Below, one piece after another: positions 11,491 through 24,659 of a DNA stretch of 64,000 bases. Position 1 is the first letter of the stretch. Each line of letters begins with the position of its first letter. A program made the position numbers and the translations under genes. The stretch covers positions 21,016,701-21,080,700 of the forward strand of contig NC_069000.1 of assembly GCF_001194135.2 (NCBI RefSeq). The letters are read 5' to 3'. This stretch comes from Octopus bimaculoides. Taxonomy: Eukaryota. The notes beneath the pieces were generated by a model. It saw only the letters and a list, made by a program, of their open reading frames with translations, made no database searches and was not told where the DNA came from.

Positions 11491-13260
11491 GCTAAAGCTA
11501 ATACATATGAATACACACGCAGATGCACAAAAAAAACACATACACCCATATATTTATATATGTGTGTAGTGTGTAGTGTGTATGCAATTGTGATTTCGAT
11601 ACCCGGACCGGGTATGTATTATGTATGTACGTATGTAGGTATGTATGTATGTATGTATGTATGTATGTATGAATGTATGTATGTATGTATGTATGTATGA
11701 ATGTATGTATGTATGTATGTATGTACGTAGATCTATGTAAATGCACATGTATGTTTGTTTATATATATATATATATATATANNNNNNNNNNNNNNNNNNN
11801 NNNNNNNNNNNNNNNNNNNNNNNNNNNNNNNNNNNNNNNNNNNNNNNNNNNNNNNNNNNNNNNNNNNNNNNNNNNNNNNNNNNNNNNNNNNNNNNNNNNN
11901 NNNNNNNNNNNNNNNNNNNNNNNNNNNNNNNNNNNNNNNNNNNNNNNNNNNNNNNNNNNNNNNNNNNNNNNNNNNNNNNNNNNNNNNNNNNNNNNNNNNN
12001 NNNNNNNNNNNNNNNNNNNNNNNNNNNNNNNNNNNNNNNNNNNNNNNNNNNNNNNNNNNNNNNNNNNNNNNNNNNNNNNNNNNNNNNNNNNNNNNNNNNN
12101 NNNNNNNNNNNNNNNNNNNNNNNNNNNNNNNNNNNNNNNNNNNNNNNNNNNNNNNNNNNNNNNNNNNNNNNNNNNNNNNNNNNNNNNNNNNNNNNNNNNN
12201 NNNNNNNNNNNNNNNNNNNNNNNNNNNNNNNNNNNNNNNNNNNNNNNNNNNNNNNNNNNNNNNNNNNNNNNNNNNNNNNNNNNNNNNNNNNNNNNNNNNN
12301 NNNNNNNNNNNNNNNNNNNNNNNNNNNNNNNNNNNNNNNNNNNNNNNNNNNNNNNNNNNNNNNNNNNNCCTTTCCCTTTTAGAATGACTAAATTGTCTCT
12401 TATAATGATTGAAACAGGTAGCATATTTTGATGCATATGTAAATATTCTCTTTCTTGAAACCATGATAAAGTTCTCAAAGCAATTTTTCTTTTTCTCTTT
12501 TTATAATAAATTTTCTTGTTTCAAACCTCTTAACCTTATCAATACATACATACATACATACATACATACATCGCGTGCGTACATATTTGTAACATGCACA
12601 TACAATAGCACATGTCTGTGTGCGCGCAAATTAATTAATGAAATAACAACAACAAAAACAAGATTCTAATAAGCATAATTGTAATAAATACTGTTCAGTA
12701 CCATATCGTAACTAGTAATAGAGAAACACACACATACATACACACTCAAGCGTACAAACATAGACGTACACGCAGAAATAGCCAGCAGGATGTGAAGTAT
12801 GAAGTTAGGAAGGAAAATCGAACCAAGAATTCAGATAACCTAACGTTTTTAAAACATACCAGAGTCACCATGAGTCACATCTATGATGTGCATTTAATGC
12901 AGGTTTGTATGAATCACTGCAACAGCAACATGGCTAGTGGAAACAACTGAGACTGTCTGTGCCAGACAGCGCCAGACATGCAGTCATGTAATGTGCAGCG
13001 ACAGCTGTAATTTATGCATGCACAGTGTGCACAAATGAGTGTGCATGTTCTATTTTAATGTCTACCTACGTTGCATTTCACTATGACGTGACGTGCAATT
13101 GAACGATGCATCGTCTAACATCTTTATGAGAGATGGTGAGGCGTAAATAAATTAAGAGTGTATTAACAGACGTTAACATACGCACACGCATATGCATATA
13201 CTTGTATATATATATATATGTGTTATATGTATATATATATTTGTATGTATGTATATATAC

Positions 13261-13304
<44 letters not shown>

Positions 13305-13431
13305 NNNNNNNNNNNNNNNNNNNNNNNNNNNNNNNNNNNNNNNNNNNNNNNNNNNNNNNNNNNNNNNNNNNNNNNNNNNNNNNNNNNNNNNNNNNNNNNN
13401 NNNNNNNNNNNNNNNNNNNNNNNNNNNNNNN

Positions 13432-13470
<39 letters not shown>

Positions 13471-13562
13471 TACGTTAATGAATATAGATATATATTATAT
13501 AAATATGTATAAATAAGTGTATGTAGAGGTATAGTTATGTGTGTGCGGCGTGCTTGTATGTT

Positions 13563-13597
<35 letters not shown>

Positions 13598-14088
13598 ATA
13601 AACACACGTGCATAAATTTTAATGTATATCTTTCTGTTTAATTATACATACGTGTGTGTGTGTATACTTATATACATACGTACATGCATATATACATGCA
13701 TGCATATATACATACATAGTTATATGTATATGGAAAGGTGCATATGCATGCATACATATACATGTAGATACACATACATGCATATGTGTGTGTGTCTGTA
13801 TACAGCCTTATGTTTAAGGTTAAGAAGTTTGCTTCGCAACAACGCCGTTCTGGGTACATTTCTGGGTTGACCAATATTTTATGAGTTGGTAGGAACCCGT
13901 CAGACGTCTGTGCCCGTTTAGGCGCGTGTGCATGTGTGTACGAACTTCTGTGTGTAGAAGTGTGTGTGTGGAGTCCTTCAGACGTCACTAAAATAAGTAG
14001 CAGACTGAATGTATTCTGGAGTCAATACGATCAACAAAATTCTTAAATGCAATGCCACGAGTTCAATATACATGTACGCACGCGCGCG

Positions 14089-14145
<57 letters not shown>

Positions 14146-14869
14146 TCACATGCTCATTCTCACATGCACACCCGTACACACTCACATACACGAGCCCATG
14201 TATAATTCTTTTCAACTTTAGGCACAAGGCCTGAAATTTTGGGGTAGGGAGCCAGTCGATCAGATCGACCCCAGTACGCAACTGCTACTTAATTTATTGA
14301 CCCCAAAAGGATTAAAAGCAAAGTCGACCTCGGCGGAATTTGAACTCAGAATGTAAGCGCCCATGTATAATTATGAAAGCAGTTTGCATGATAGAAATAG
14401 ATATGTACTCTAAAACCCGTGGACTAGAAGCAATATCTTTGCTTTAGATCTTGATAAGTTATGCGTACAAGAACCTTGCAAAATGAGTTTGCACAATGCA
14501 ATACCGGACCAATTATTTGGCAACCTTAGGACCAGAAATGTCCCGGATTTCTGGATTTTCCGGTTTTCTGGTTACAGTCTAAATATACATCTTTCTCTCT
14601 TTTACTTGCTTTTGTCATTGGACTACAGATGCTGAGGCACCGAATTGAAGAGATTTTGTCGAATGAATCGATTTCGGTATTCCCTTTTCAATACTGCTAC
14701 TTAGTCTATCGGTATCTTATGCGAAATTGCTAAGTTACTGGGATGTAAACAAACCAACACTGGTTGTCAATCGGAACTGGGGACAAACCACCCCCACCCC
14801 ACACACACACAGAAGTATATGCTTGTGTGGTGTGTGTTTATAAAATGCATACATCATAAGTATTTGTGT

Positions 14870-15245
14870 ACGACGGATTTCTTTCAATTTCTGTCTGCCA
14901 GATATACTCACAAGGCTTTGGTCGGCCCGGATGACCATGGGATTGCACCTAGAAAGTTACATTCTGAAGTACAAGTCCAAGCAAGGTTGTTTGTGGAAGA
15001 CCAGCAGTCATCCATGTATACCAGCCTCCCCTCTCCACACCACTGATGTTATCCAAGGGAAAGGCAAAGGCCAATACAGCTTGGCACCAGTGACGTCCCA
15101 ACTCATTTCTACAGCTGAGTGAACTGGAGCAACGGGAAATAAAGTGTCTGACTCAAGAACACAACACACAATCCGGTCCGGGAATTGAACTCACAACCTC
15201 ACAATCGTAAGCTCGACGCTCTAACCACTGAGCAATGCGCCTTCA
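14870..15245 (-). mobile_element. tRNA-headed SINE(s): family A-related head joined to family B pieces
   Basis: Reverse strand starts gtgaaggcgcattgctcagtggttagagcg...gagttcaattcc (A/B boxes). Confidence 0.75.
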
Positions 15246-15249
15246 CATG

Positions 15250-16482
15250 TTTAATAAAAAATATTTATTTACGTAAGTTTTAACATCATCTCCTTCGAAA
15301 TAGTCACCTTTCGCAGCAATACACAGGTCCCAGCATTCTTGCCACTTTTGGAATCCAGCCTGGAAGTAGTTTTCCGTAAACGAGTCGAGGACTCTATGCT
15401 ATTCTCTCTTGATCTCGACAACGGTGTTAAAATGGCGACCTTTGAGCTGCATTTTCATCTTGGGAAAGAAATAGAAGTCCGCAGGTGCTAAATCTGGTGA
15501 ATAGGGCAGGTGAAGAAGCAATACCATGTTGTTTTGCGCAAGAAACTCACGAGTGAAGAGAGCTCGGTGACAGATTGCATTGCCATCGTTAAGAATCCAA
15601 TTCTTCGCGCTCCACAGAACCGGTCGTAGAAGAACTCTCGATTGACAGTCTGACCCAGGGCAACAAATTCTCGATGCACATCGTAAAAAATGATGAGCAT
15701 GCTCTTGATTGGGTTGCGGTTCTGTCGTGCCTTATTCAGTCGTGGAGATGAAGGACTTTTCCATTGTGACGACTGCTGCCTCGTCCCAGAGTCGTACTCG
15801 TAGACCCAACTCTCCTCACCGTGGTGATCCTCAACATGAAGGATAGGTCACCAGTAGCATGCTGATGGATACCTTGACAGACTTCGATGCGACGTTGTTT
15901 CTGCTCAGTGGTCAGCATGCAGGGGACAAACTTAGTAGAGACATACCACATGTTCAATACAGACGTTAAGATTGCTTGTACAGACCCGTATGACAGACCA
16001 ACATCATCAGTAACGTTGTTGACTGTCCTCCGACAATCCTCATGCACAAGCTGATGAATTTTTTTCCACAATTCTGGGGCTAATGCTCGTGGTAGGTCTT
16101 CCAGATCGCTCATCGTCTTTCAGGGACGTTCTTCCGCTTTTGAAGTGCCCGTGCCGCTCGAAACATTGCGTACGACCCATTTACTAATCGCCGTAAGCTT
16201 GCTGAAGCATGATCAATGTCTCTGTTGCAGACTTCCCAAGTTTAACGCGAAATTTCACGTTGGCTCTTTGTTCCAACTTCTTGTCCGTGACAAAATCGTA
16301 GACTACAGCATACACGTGATCACAAAAACATAAATTTCACGACTTGCGAAGTAAACACAGCGACGTCACTCGACACACTGCCTCATGAAGGTCACTGCTA
16401 GCTCTCACCGCGCACGCAACTATGTGCTGCCATTTGTTGGCGTGCTACAGAACTAGTCCGGGAACGTTTTGATACCTCCTTG
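15250..16482 (-). mobile_element. Mariner transposon with a degenerate transposase; left end truncated by a SINE
   Basis: ORF 15736..16113 (EDLPRA...LSYGSVQAIL...VSTKFVPCMLTTEQKQRR). TIR-like end ...gggaacgttttgatacctccttg followed by TA at 16483. Confidence 0.9.
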
Positions 16483-16689
16483 TATGTGACCTTATTTCTA
16501 GTCTAAAAAATCACTTTACAGTTGCAAAAATGATGGTATGATAGAAGCAATAGCGCATCGGACTCATCGCTTTGCGTTCCAATTTGCTAATGCTGACATT
16601 GGCTTTCATTCTTCAGTGGTGAATACAGTGAATACCAACCATTATCTTGGTAGGGAGTTATTATTATTATCATTATACTTTGTGGTGCG

Positions 16690-16900
16690 GCGAGCTAGCA
16701 GAATCGTTACTGTGCCGGGCAAAATACTTAGCGGCATTTCGTCCGTCTTTGCGTTCTGAGTTCAAATTCAGCCGTGGTCAACTTTGCCTTTTACCCTTTC
16801 GGTGGGGGGGGGTCTATAAAATAAGTACCAGTTGCGCACTGGGGTTCAATGTAATCAATTCGTTCCCTTCCCTTAAATTACTGGCCTTCAGCCAAAATTT
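16690..16900 (+). mobile_element. SINE family C
   Basis: gcagaatcgtt...cttagcggcatttcgtccgtc...gttcaaattc...aaaataagtaccag. Confidence 0.85.
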
Positions 16901-17378
16901 GAAATTATCATTATGCTTTATTTTTGTCTGTTAATGATGAGAGTATTATGGCTTCAAAATTCAGTTTAGATTGAACCTTGTCCAATAAATCAACTTTGGT
17001 GTTGNNNNNNNNNNNNNNNNNNNNNNNNNNNNNNNNNNNNNNNNNNNNNNNNNNNNNNNNNNNNNNNNNNNNNNNNNNNNNNNNNNNNNNNNNNNNNNNN
17101 NNNNNNNNNNNNNNNNNNNNNNNNNNNNNNNNNNNNNNNNNNNNNNNNNNNNNNNNNNNNNNNNNNNNNNNNNNNNNNNNNNNNNNNNNNNNNNNNNNNN
17201 NNNNNNNNNNNNNNNNNNNNNNNNNNNNNNNNNNNNNNNNNNNNNNNNNNNNNNNNNNNNNNNNNNNNNNNNNNNNNNNNNNNNNNNNNNNNNNNNNNNN
17301 NNNNNNNNNNNNNNNNNNNNNNNNNNNNNNNNNNNNNNNNNNNNNNNNNNNNNNNNNNNNNNNNNNNNNNNNNNNNNG

Positions 17379-17560
17379 GCAAAATACTTAGCGGCATTTC
17401 GTCCGTCTTTGCGTTCTGAGTTCAAATTCAGCCGTGGTCAACTTTGCCTTTCATCCTTTTGGGGTCGATAAATTAAATACCAGTTACGCACTGGGGTCGA
17501 TGTAATCGACTTAATCCCTTGTTTGTCCCCTCTATGTTTAGCCCCTTGTGGGCAGTAAAG
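17379..17560 (+). mobile_element. SINE family C
   Basis: tttgcctttcatccttttggggtcgataaattaaataccag central domain. Confidence 0.85.
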
Positions 17561-17859
17561 AAATAAGAAACCTATCAGAAAGTGACCGATACCTTGACAG
17601 TTTGCTTTTCTCAGCCTGACGAACAGCAAAGCCTGTGCTGGTAGCTGAACACACCAAGTTACCGTTGAAGAGGGTATTCCAGATGAAGGGCCTACTGCCA
17701 CGGAAAGGGAAAATTTGATTGCAGAGCATGGTGGAGAAGAGTAAGGAAAGGTAGAATTTTGTCGTTTTTAACCATGTCTGATTACATACTCAGTTCGAAG
17801 TTCACTAAGGTATGAGTTAGTTTTACATCTTTCTTGAGATCGATGAAACAACGATAATA

Positions 17860-19030
17860 ATCATTTCTAAAATGAGCACAAAGCCTGAAAATTGAGGAAA
17901 AGTCTTTAGTCAACTTGACTGGCACTTTATGCTATCACCCCGGAAAGAATGAAAAGCGAAACTGACCACGATGAGATTTGAACTCAGAATGTAAACTGCT
18001 AGAACAATTGCTACAAAGCATTTTGTCCGATGGTCCAACGTTTCTACCTATCCACCACCAATTATTTCTAATACAGACACAAGTGCTTTTTTTCTATGTT
18101 GTTTTCTTTTTTGTGTTTTTAGTTTATCAAATCTTCCCAGGTGCTTGACGGGTACATTATTTTATCGATTCTGAAGAGATAGAATTCAAAGCTGACCATG
18201 GCATGATTTGAAATCTCAACATAAAGAACAACAATAAATACTGCAAGACATTTTGTCTGCCTCTCTAACGATTCCGGCTTCGTTGATGAGTATTTCAGTT
18301 GTTCATCCAGTGGAACATTGAATTATACTATAAATAGCTGTATATAGTAATCCTTCTGCTATAGGTACAAGGCCTGAAATTCTAGGGAGGAAGCTAATCG
18401 ATAACATCGACCCCAATCCTCAATGGGTGCCTATTTTATCGACTTCAACAGGATGAAAGGCAAAGTCGACCTCGGCAACGTTCGAACACAGAATGTAAAG
18501 ACAGATGAAATGCCGATAAGCATTTTGTTCGGTCTGCTACGATTCTGCCCGCTTGCCACCTTATGGTTGTACATAGTAATGGTTTCAAATTCTGGCACAA
18601 AGCCAGCAAGTTCGGGAGAAGGGGAAATCGATTACGACGACCCAGTACATAACTGGTACTTATTTTATTAGCCCTGAAAGGATGAAAAGCAAAGTCAACC
18701 TCGGCGGAATTTGAACTCAGAACGTAAAGACGAACGAAATGCTGCTAAGCATTTTGCCCGGAGTGCTAACGGTTCTGAAGCTCGCCGTCTTATGGTTGTG
18801 CATAATAATGATTTCAAATTTTGCCACAATACCTGAAACTCCTAGGAAGGGACCAGTCGATTACATCCATCCCAGTGCTCAACTGGTACTTATTTTATCA
18901 ACCTCGAAGGGATGAAAGGCAAAGTCGACCTCGGTGGAATTTGAACTCAGAACGTAAAGATGGACGGAATGCCGCATAGCATTTTACCTGGCGTGCTAAC
19001 GATTCTGCTAACTCGCCGTCTTATGGGTGT
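17860..19030 (-). repeat. Head-to-tail array of about five SINE-C copies, period about 230 bp
   Basis: The gaaaggcaaagtcgacctcgg anchor recurs at about 18456, 18683 and 18914, with degenerate copies at about 17953 and 18185. Confidence 0.85.
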
Positions 19031-19719
19031 ATATGATAATACAGCCTCTTACGCAATTCACATAATCCTCAGACAGAATCAGTGTGAGATTACACCATAG
19101 GCTGGTCAAGCCAGTCTTACAGGCTTATGTTGAATTATTGCCTACCCAATTTCACTCACAAGGTTTTGCGGCAAACCATGGCTTTTGTAGAACGTACTTG
19201 CGTATTGGCGGGGCTGAGCAACGGGATCTGACTCAAGAAGTCAAGACAGCGATTCTAAACCATTCAGCCATGCTTGCACCCCAGTCAGTTTTATCTTCAT
19301 TTTACCTCATAAATCTGTGGTCTTGTGCCCGTTAAAAATCATTAATTGCGAGGGTATCACGTGAGTAAGGATAATTATAGCGATTCTAATGTGATGACAA
19401 TGATGAAGATAATGTTGGTGATGATGGCAATGATGATGATGATGATGACGATGATGATGATGATGAGGTGGTGGGGGTTGTACAGTTCCAAGTCACCTGT
19501 GGTCAAGCAGCTGCACGATGGCATGCAGGTAGCTGGACGAACGACCAGGCGCCAGCCACAAATCTGTTGTTTTTTGAGGAAGTTGTTTGTTTTGGGAGGA
19601 TTTTTGTTGTTGTTTTTTTTTCTTTTTTCTTTTGGCTGTTGTCCTTATTACTGCTATTGTTCCTGTTGTTTAATCTCGTGTCATGTCAGGGCCTTACTTT
19701 TTAATAGAAATAATGAGAT

Positions 19720-20570
19720 GCTTAAAACGGAATGGCTCGTGGGTGTATTGATCGAGGATCACACTCGAAGTGATATACCGATGAGCATGGTGGAAATTAA
19801 GAAAAAGAAAAGCATGAATTTGTACGGTGATTTGCAGTAAAAAGATGAAATTAATGAGACATTTTTCTGACGAATAAAGTATCCTTCGAAAGGTTTAATT
19901 AATCAATGTTTGATAATTAACTTTAAGGCATATTATATCAGAAGTACTTTCAAATAACTTATAAAAGCAATTGACAGGGATCATTAACCTACAGTTACAA
20001 ACTTCTGGAAGAAGTTCCACATAATGGATGCTGTGGATAGCATAGCTAGGTCCTGGAATGAAATGAAACACTCAACTTTGAAAGGTGCTCGGAAAATATA
20101 TGGCGAGACTGAAACCATGACTTCACTAGTTTCCCAGTTGCAGAAAGTCTACATTAAATTCGAGAAGATATTGCGACACTTGCAAATGATGCGGAATTTG
20201 AATAAATAGTAGAGGATGATCTAATTGAGTTGCTAGCGTCCCATAGAGAATGTTTATCTAACAAAGAGCCGATGTTGTTAGAACAAGGGCAGGCCGAGAA
20301 TACAGATGAGAAGTTCACCAAAGAATATTACTCAAGAATTGGCACATATAGAGGAAGATCTGCAAGTTTTCTTTGCTCGATAACAGCCCTAATCATGAAC
20401 GTAACATGCAAATTAGGAGTTTACAATAAGTTCAGTTCCTTCAATAAAGTGTACGAAGGGATAACGTACCATAAACATCAAACAATTTTTGTTTATAATT
20501 CCTGGGATGCATGCGATAATTATGGATAAGCTCTTCGTCTTACAAGTAGATGGTGGTGATATTGAACTAT
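19720..20570 (+). mobile_element. Tigger/pogo-like transposase remnant, internally deleted
   Basis: VLIEDHTRSDIPMSMVEIKKK..NLYGDLQ (CENP-B HTH) and DAVDSIARSWNEMKHSTLKG (DDE_1 C-terminus). Confidence 0.75.
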
Positions 20571-20633
20571 AAGGCAGAAAGAAGATAGAGTTCATCCCCT
20601 TCCCAGTAATTCTTATTCTACCACCACCACTAC

Positions 20634-21131
20634 CAGGACCGGCGTTTGGGAGTGCAGGACCCAATTAGAGAATTGTCAGTAGGACCCTCTACTCTACAAA
20701 AACTGAATGACCGATGTTTTATACTTCGTATAGTACACCGGTTCCTGCCAAAAAGCGTTGAGGGCTTCAGGCTCCACCATTAGCTACAAGGATATACTGA
20801 AAACTAAAAGCTCATATGAAAGCAGACTTTTTCTGGTCTATTTTATCTGAGAAGTCTTTCAAAATTATTCCAAAGTCAATGATTTTTGCAATGTCATTTT
20901 CATCGTCAGATTATGTCTCTCTTATGAAATTGTTAAGCGTAAGTATGTTTTAATCAGTTTTAGTTTTGGAAAACTTCTTTCACGTGATACGACCGTTAGG
21001 GGTATTGTTGAATAAAATCCTCGAAGCAATAAAAACATTAGGAAATATTTAATTCATCGTTGCGGCATGTACGCGCAGCCCTCTCTTAGCGCGGGACCCA
21101 ATTTGAACAAATTGACTTAAAACCAGCCCTG
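20634..21131 (-). mobile_element. Internally deleted hAT element with TIRs and an 8-bp TSD
   Basis: Ends are CAGGACCGG / CCAGCCCTG, flanked by accactac / accaccac. Minus strand encodes FPNVFIA.RIL..TIPLTVVSRERSFPKLKLIKTYLR (hAT dimerisation domain). Confidence 0.85.
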
Positions 21132-21244
21132 ACCACCACTATCCCTCACACAGCAGTTGACATTCTTTGTGGTAACAACCTACGCTATTACGCTATTACG
21201 ATTCTTATTTCTTCCCTAATGTGTTTCTTCTCAAAGGTTTTCTA

Positions 21245-21439
21245 TGCATATGTATACTCTTTTACTCTTTTACTTGTTTCAGTCTTTTTTTTACTGTGGC
21301 CATGCTGGAGCACCACCTTTAGTCGAGCAAATCGACCCCAGGACTTATTCTTTGGAAGCCTAGTACTTATTCTATCGGTCTCTTTTGCCGAACCGCTAAG
21401 TTACGAGGACATAAACACACCAGCATCGGCTGTCAAGCG
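21245..21439 (-). mobile_element. SINE family B, 3' portion (cut by a gap)
   Basis: tactcttttacttgtttcagtc...gccgaaccgctaagttac. Confidence 0.85.
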
Positions 21440-22369
21440 NNNNNNNNNNNNNNNNNNNNNNNNNNNNNNNNNNNNNNNNNNNNNNNNNNNNNNNNNNNNN
21501 NNNNNNNNNNNNNNNNNNNNNNNNNNNNNNNNNNNNNNNNNNNNNNNNNNNNNNNNNNNNNNNNNNNNNNNNNNNNNNNNNNNNNNNNNNNNNNNNNNNN
21601 NNNNNNNNNNNNNNNNNNNNNNNNNNNNNNNNNNNNNNNNNNNNNNNNNNNNNNNNNNNNNNNNNNNNNNNNNNNNNNNNNNNNNNNNNNNNNNNNNNNN
21701 NNNNNNNNNNNNNNNNNNNNNNNNNNNNNNNNNNNNNNNNNNNNNNNNNNNNNNNNNNNNNNNNNNNNNNNNNNNNNNNNNNNNNNNNNNNNNNNNNNNN
21801 NNNNNNNNNNNNNNNNNNNNNNNNNNNNNNNNNNNNNNNNNNNNNNNNNNNNNNNNNNNNNNNNNNNNNNNNNNNNNNNNNNNNNNNNNNNNNNNNNNNN
21901 NNNNNNNNNNNNNNNNNNNNNNNNNNNNNNNNNNNNNNNNNNNNNNNNNNNNNNNNNNNNNNNNNNNNNNNNNNNNNNNNNNNNNNNNNNNNNNNNNNNN
22001 NNNNNNNNNNNNNNNNNNNNNNNNNNNNNNNNNNNNNNNNNNNNNNNNNNNNNNNNNNNNNNNNNNNNNNNNNNNNNNNNNNNNNNNNNNNNNNNNNNNN
22101 NNNNNNNNNNNNNNNNNNNATAAGGAGGAGGAGGAGGAGGAGGAGGAGGAGGGGCCACTGGTGTTGGTGGTATGGTGATGATGGCGGCGGAGATGTTTTA
22201 TAAGGTAGTAATGGCTGAGTAATAAGCTGCAGGTCAGCTCTGGTCAAGTAGTAGATCCGATGGCATGCAGACAGGGAGTCGGACGAACGATGGACGAACG
22301 ACCATCGTTCGTCCTACCAGCTCTTGCTCTTTTTTCAGGTAATTCTTGTTGCTGTTCTGTAGTTTTTTT

Positions 22370-22526
22370 CTCTCTCTCTATCCTCTCCCTCTCCCTCTAT
22401 CCTCTCCCTCTCTCTCTATCCTTTCCCTCTCTCTCTATCCTCTCCCTCTCTCTCTATTCTCTCCCTCTCTCTCTCTATCCTCTCCCTCTCTCTCTATCTA
22501 TTTATCTATCTATCACCATCTCTCTG

Positions 22527-22557
<31 letters not shown>

Positions 22558-22747
22558 GTATCTATCTATCTCATCTCTTTCTTTCTTTCTTTCTTTCTCT
22601 CTCTCTCTCTATCTATCTATGTATCTCCATCTCACTTTCTATTTATCTATCTCCATCTCTCTCTCTCTCTCTCGCTTTCTCTCTATCTATATCCATCTCT
22701 CTCTCTCTCTCTCTCTCTCTCGCTTTCTCTCTATCTANNNNNNNNNN

Positions 22748-22785
<38 letters not shown>

Positions 22786-22980
22786 TTCTCTCTATCTATA
22801 TCCATCTCTCTAGCTATCTATTTCTCTCTCACTCTCCCTATCTATATCAATCTCTCTATATATCTATCTATCAATCTATCTATCTATCACTACCTTCATA
22901 TCTTTCTACCTATCTATCTATATCTCCATCTACCCCTCTCTTTCTCTCTCCCTCCCTCCCTCTTTCCCTCCCTCCCTCTC
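22370..22980. repeat. (CT)n/(CTAT)n compound microsatellite
   Basis: Directly visible. Confidence 0.95.
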
Positions 22981-24659
22981 AGTTGCTGTTATACGGCTGC
23001 TATAGCAGCCACACACTAAACTAGCCAATCAAAACTCACCACCATTTTCCTCCTGACTACAAGCACCACAACAACAACGGCTGCTTTAGTACGACCAATC
23101 ATATCTCAACCCTAATACTGTCGACACAACCCATTATCACTACACCAGCACCACTACCACCATCACACCGACACTACAATAAATCATCCCGTTGCAACCA
23201 CTACAGCGATATAACAACCACTAGGAAATTACAACCAATACGTCTGCACGATACCAATCGTGTTACCACCGCAACCATTTCACCACTGCAACCACCACAT
23301 CAGCAATAATTCTACTATCTGTAAAATTATTCGGGTTCAGTCCCATTGCATGGCACCTTAGACAAGTGTCTTCTGCTATAACCTCAGATAGACCAACGCC
23401 TTGAGAGCGTGGATTTGGTCGACGGAAACTGAAAGAAGCTCGTCGTGTGTGTGTGTGTGTGTAAGATCNNNNNNNNNNNNNNNNNNNNNNNNNNNNNNNN
23501 NNNNNNNNNNNNNNNNNNNNNNNNNNNNNNNNNNNNNNNNNNNNNNNNNNNNNNNNNNNNNNNNNNNNNNNNNNNNNNNNNNNNNNNNNNNNNNNNNNNN
23601 NNNNNNNNNNNNNNNNNNNNNNNNNNNNNNNNNNNNNNNNNNNNNNNNNNNNNNNNNNNNNNNNNNNNNNNNNNNNNNNNNNNNNNNNNNNNNNNNNNNN
23701 NNNNNNNNNNNNNNNNNNNNNNNNNNNNNNNNNNNNNNNNNNNNNNNNNNNNNNNNNNNNNNNNNNNNNNNNNNNNNNNNNNNNNNNNNNNNNNNNNNNN
23801 NNNNNNNNNNNNNNNNNNNNNNNNNNNNNNNNNNNNNNNNNNNNNNNNNNNNNNNNNNNNNNNNNNNNNNNNNNNNNNNNNNNNNNNNNNNNNNNNNNNN
23901 NNNNNNNNNNNNNNNNNNNNNNNNNNNNNNNNNNNNNNNNNNNNNNNNNNNNNNNNNNNNNNNNNNNNNNNNNNNNNNNNNNNNNNNNNNNNNNNNNNNN
24001 NNNNNNNNNNNNNNNNNNNNNNNNNNNNNNNNNNNNNNNNNNNNNNNNNNNNNNNNNNNNNNNNNNNNNNNNNNNNNNNNNNNNNNNNNNNNNNNNCTGA
24101 AACAAGTAAAAGATTGAAAGAATAGATGATAAAGATTACCTCTACACCATCATCACACCACAAAATGGCAACTACAATAACAACAACAACAACGATCACA
24201 TCGATATCTCTACCATGATTACCACCAGATCAATCAGAACCACCACCAACAACTCCGTCGCCGCCGTCACCGCAGCAATATCACCACACTGCATCACTAC
24301 GACCGCTACACTGGAACAGCAGACGACAAAAAAAAACAAAAACCACTGCAGTCACTAAGACTACTACTACTGTCTTAACGCCACCCACAATTCAAAGCGT
24401 CAGCCAGTGTTTCCCCAGGAATCTCCTAAATCATTGGAGACCTCCCTTTCTCTCCATTTGGAGGCACCTGATTTGTTGCCTGATGCTGATTGCGACTGCT
24501 GCTGTAGTCGTCTGGCTTAGAGTCTTCTTCTATATGATAATGTTCCACCTTTCTTAACACACACGCACACACCTAAAAAGACACACACACAGAGAAGGAG
24601 AACGAAAAAAGCAATGGTAGGGGTTCTTTATTTTCCACCAATGAAAACAACACCAAGGG

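Noticed and set aside
16719-17455. About 75 identical bases on both sides of a gap, suggesting a recent duplication
   Set aside because: The second copy starts exactly at the contig edge inside a high-copy SINE, so scaffolding or repeat collapse is at least as likely.
17615-17740. Exon-like segment with a good acceptor and GTAAGG donor (partial reading EEGIPDEGPTATERENLIAEH)
   Set aside because: All three frames from the acceptor hit a stop, and no homology was recognised.
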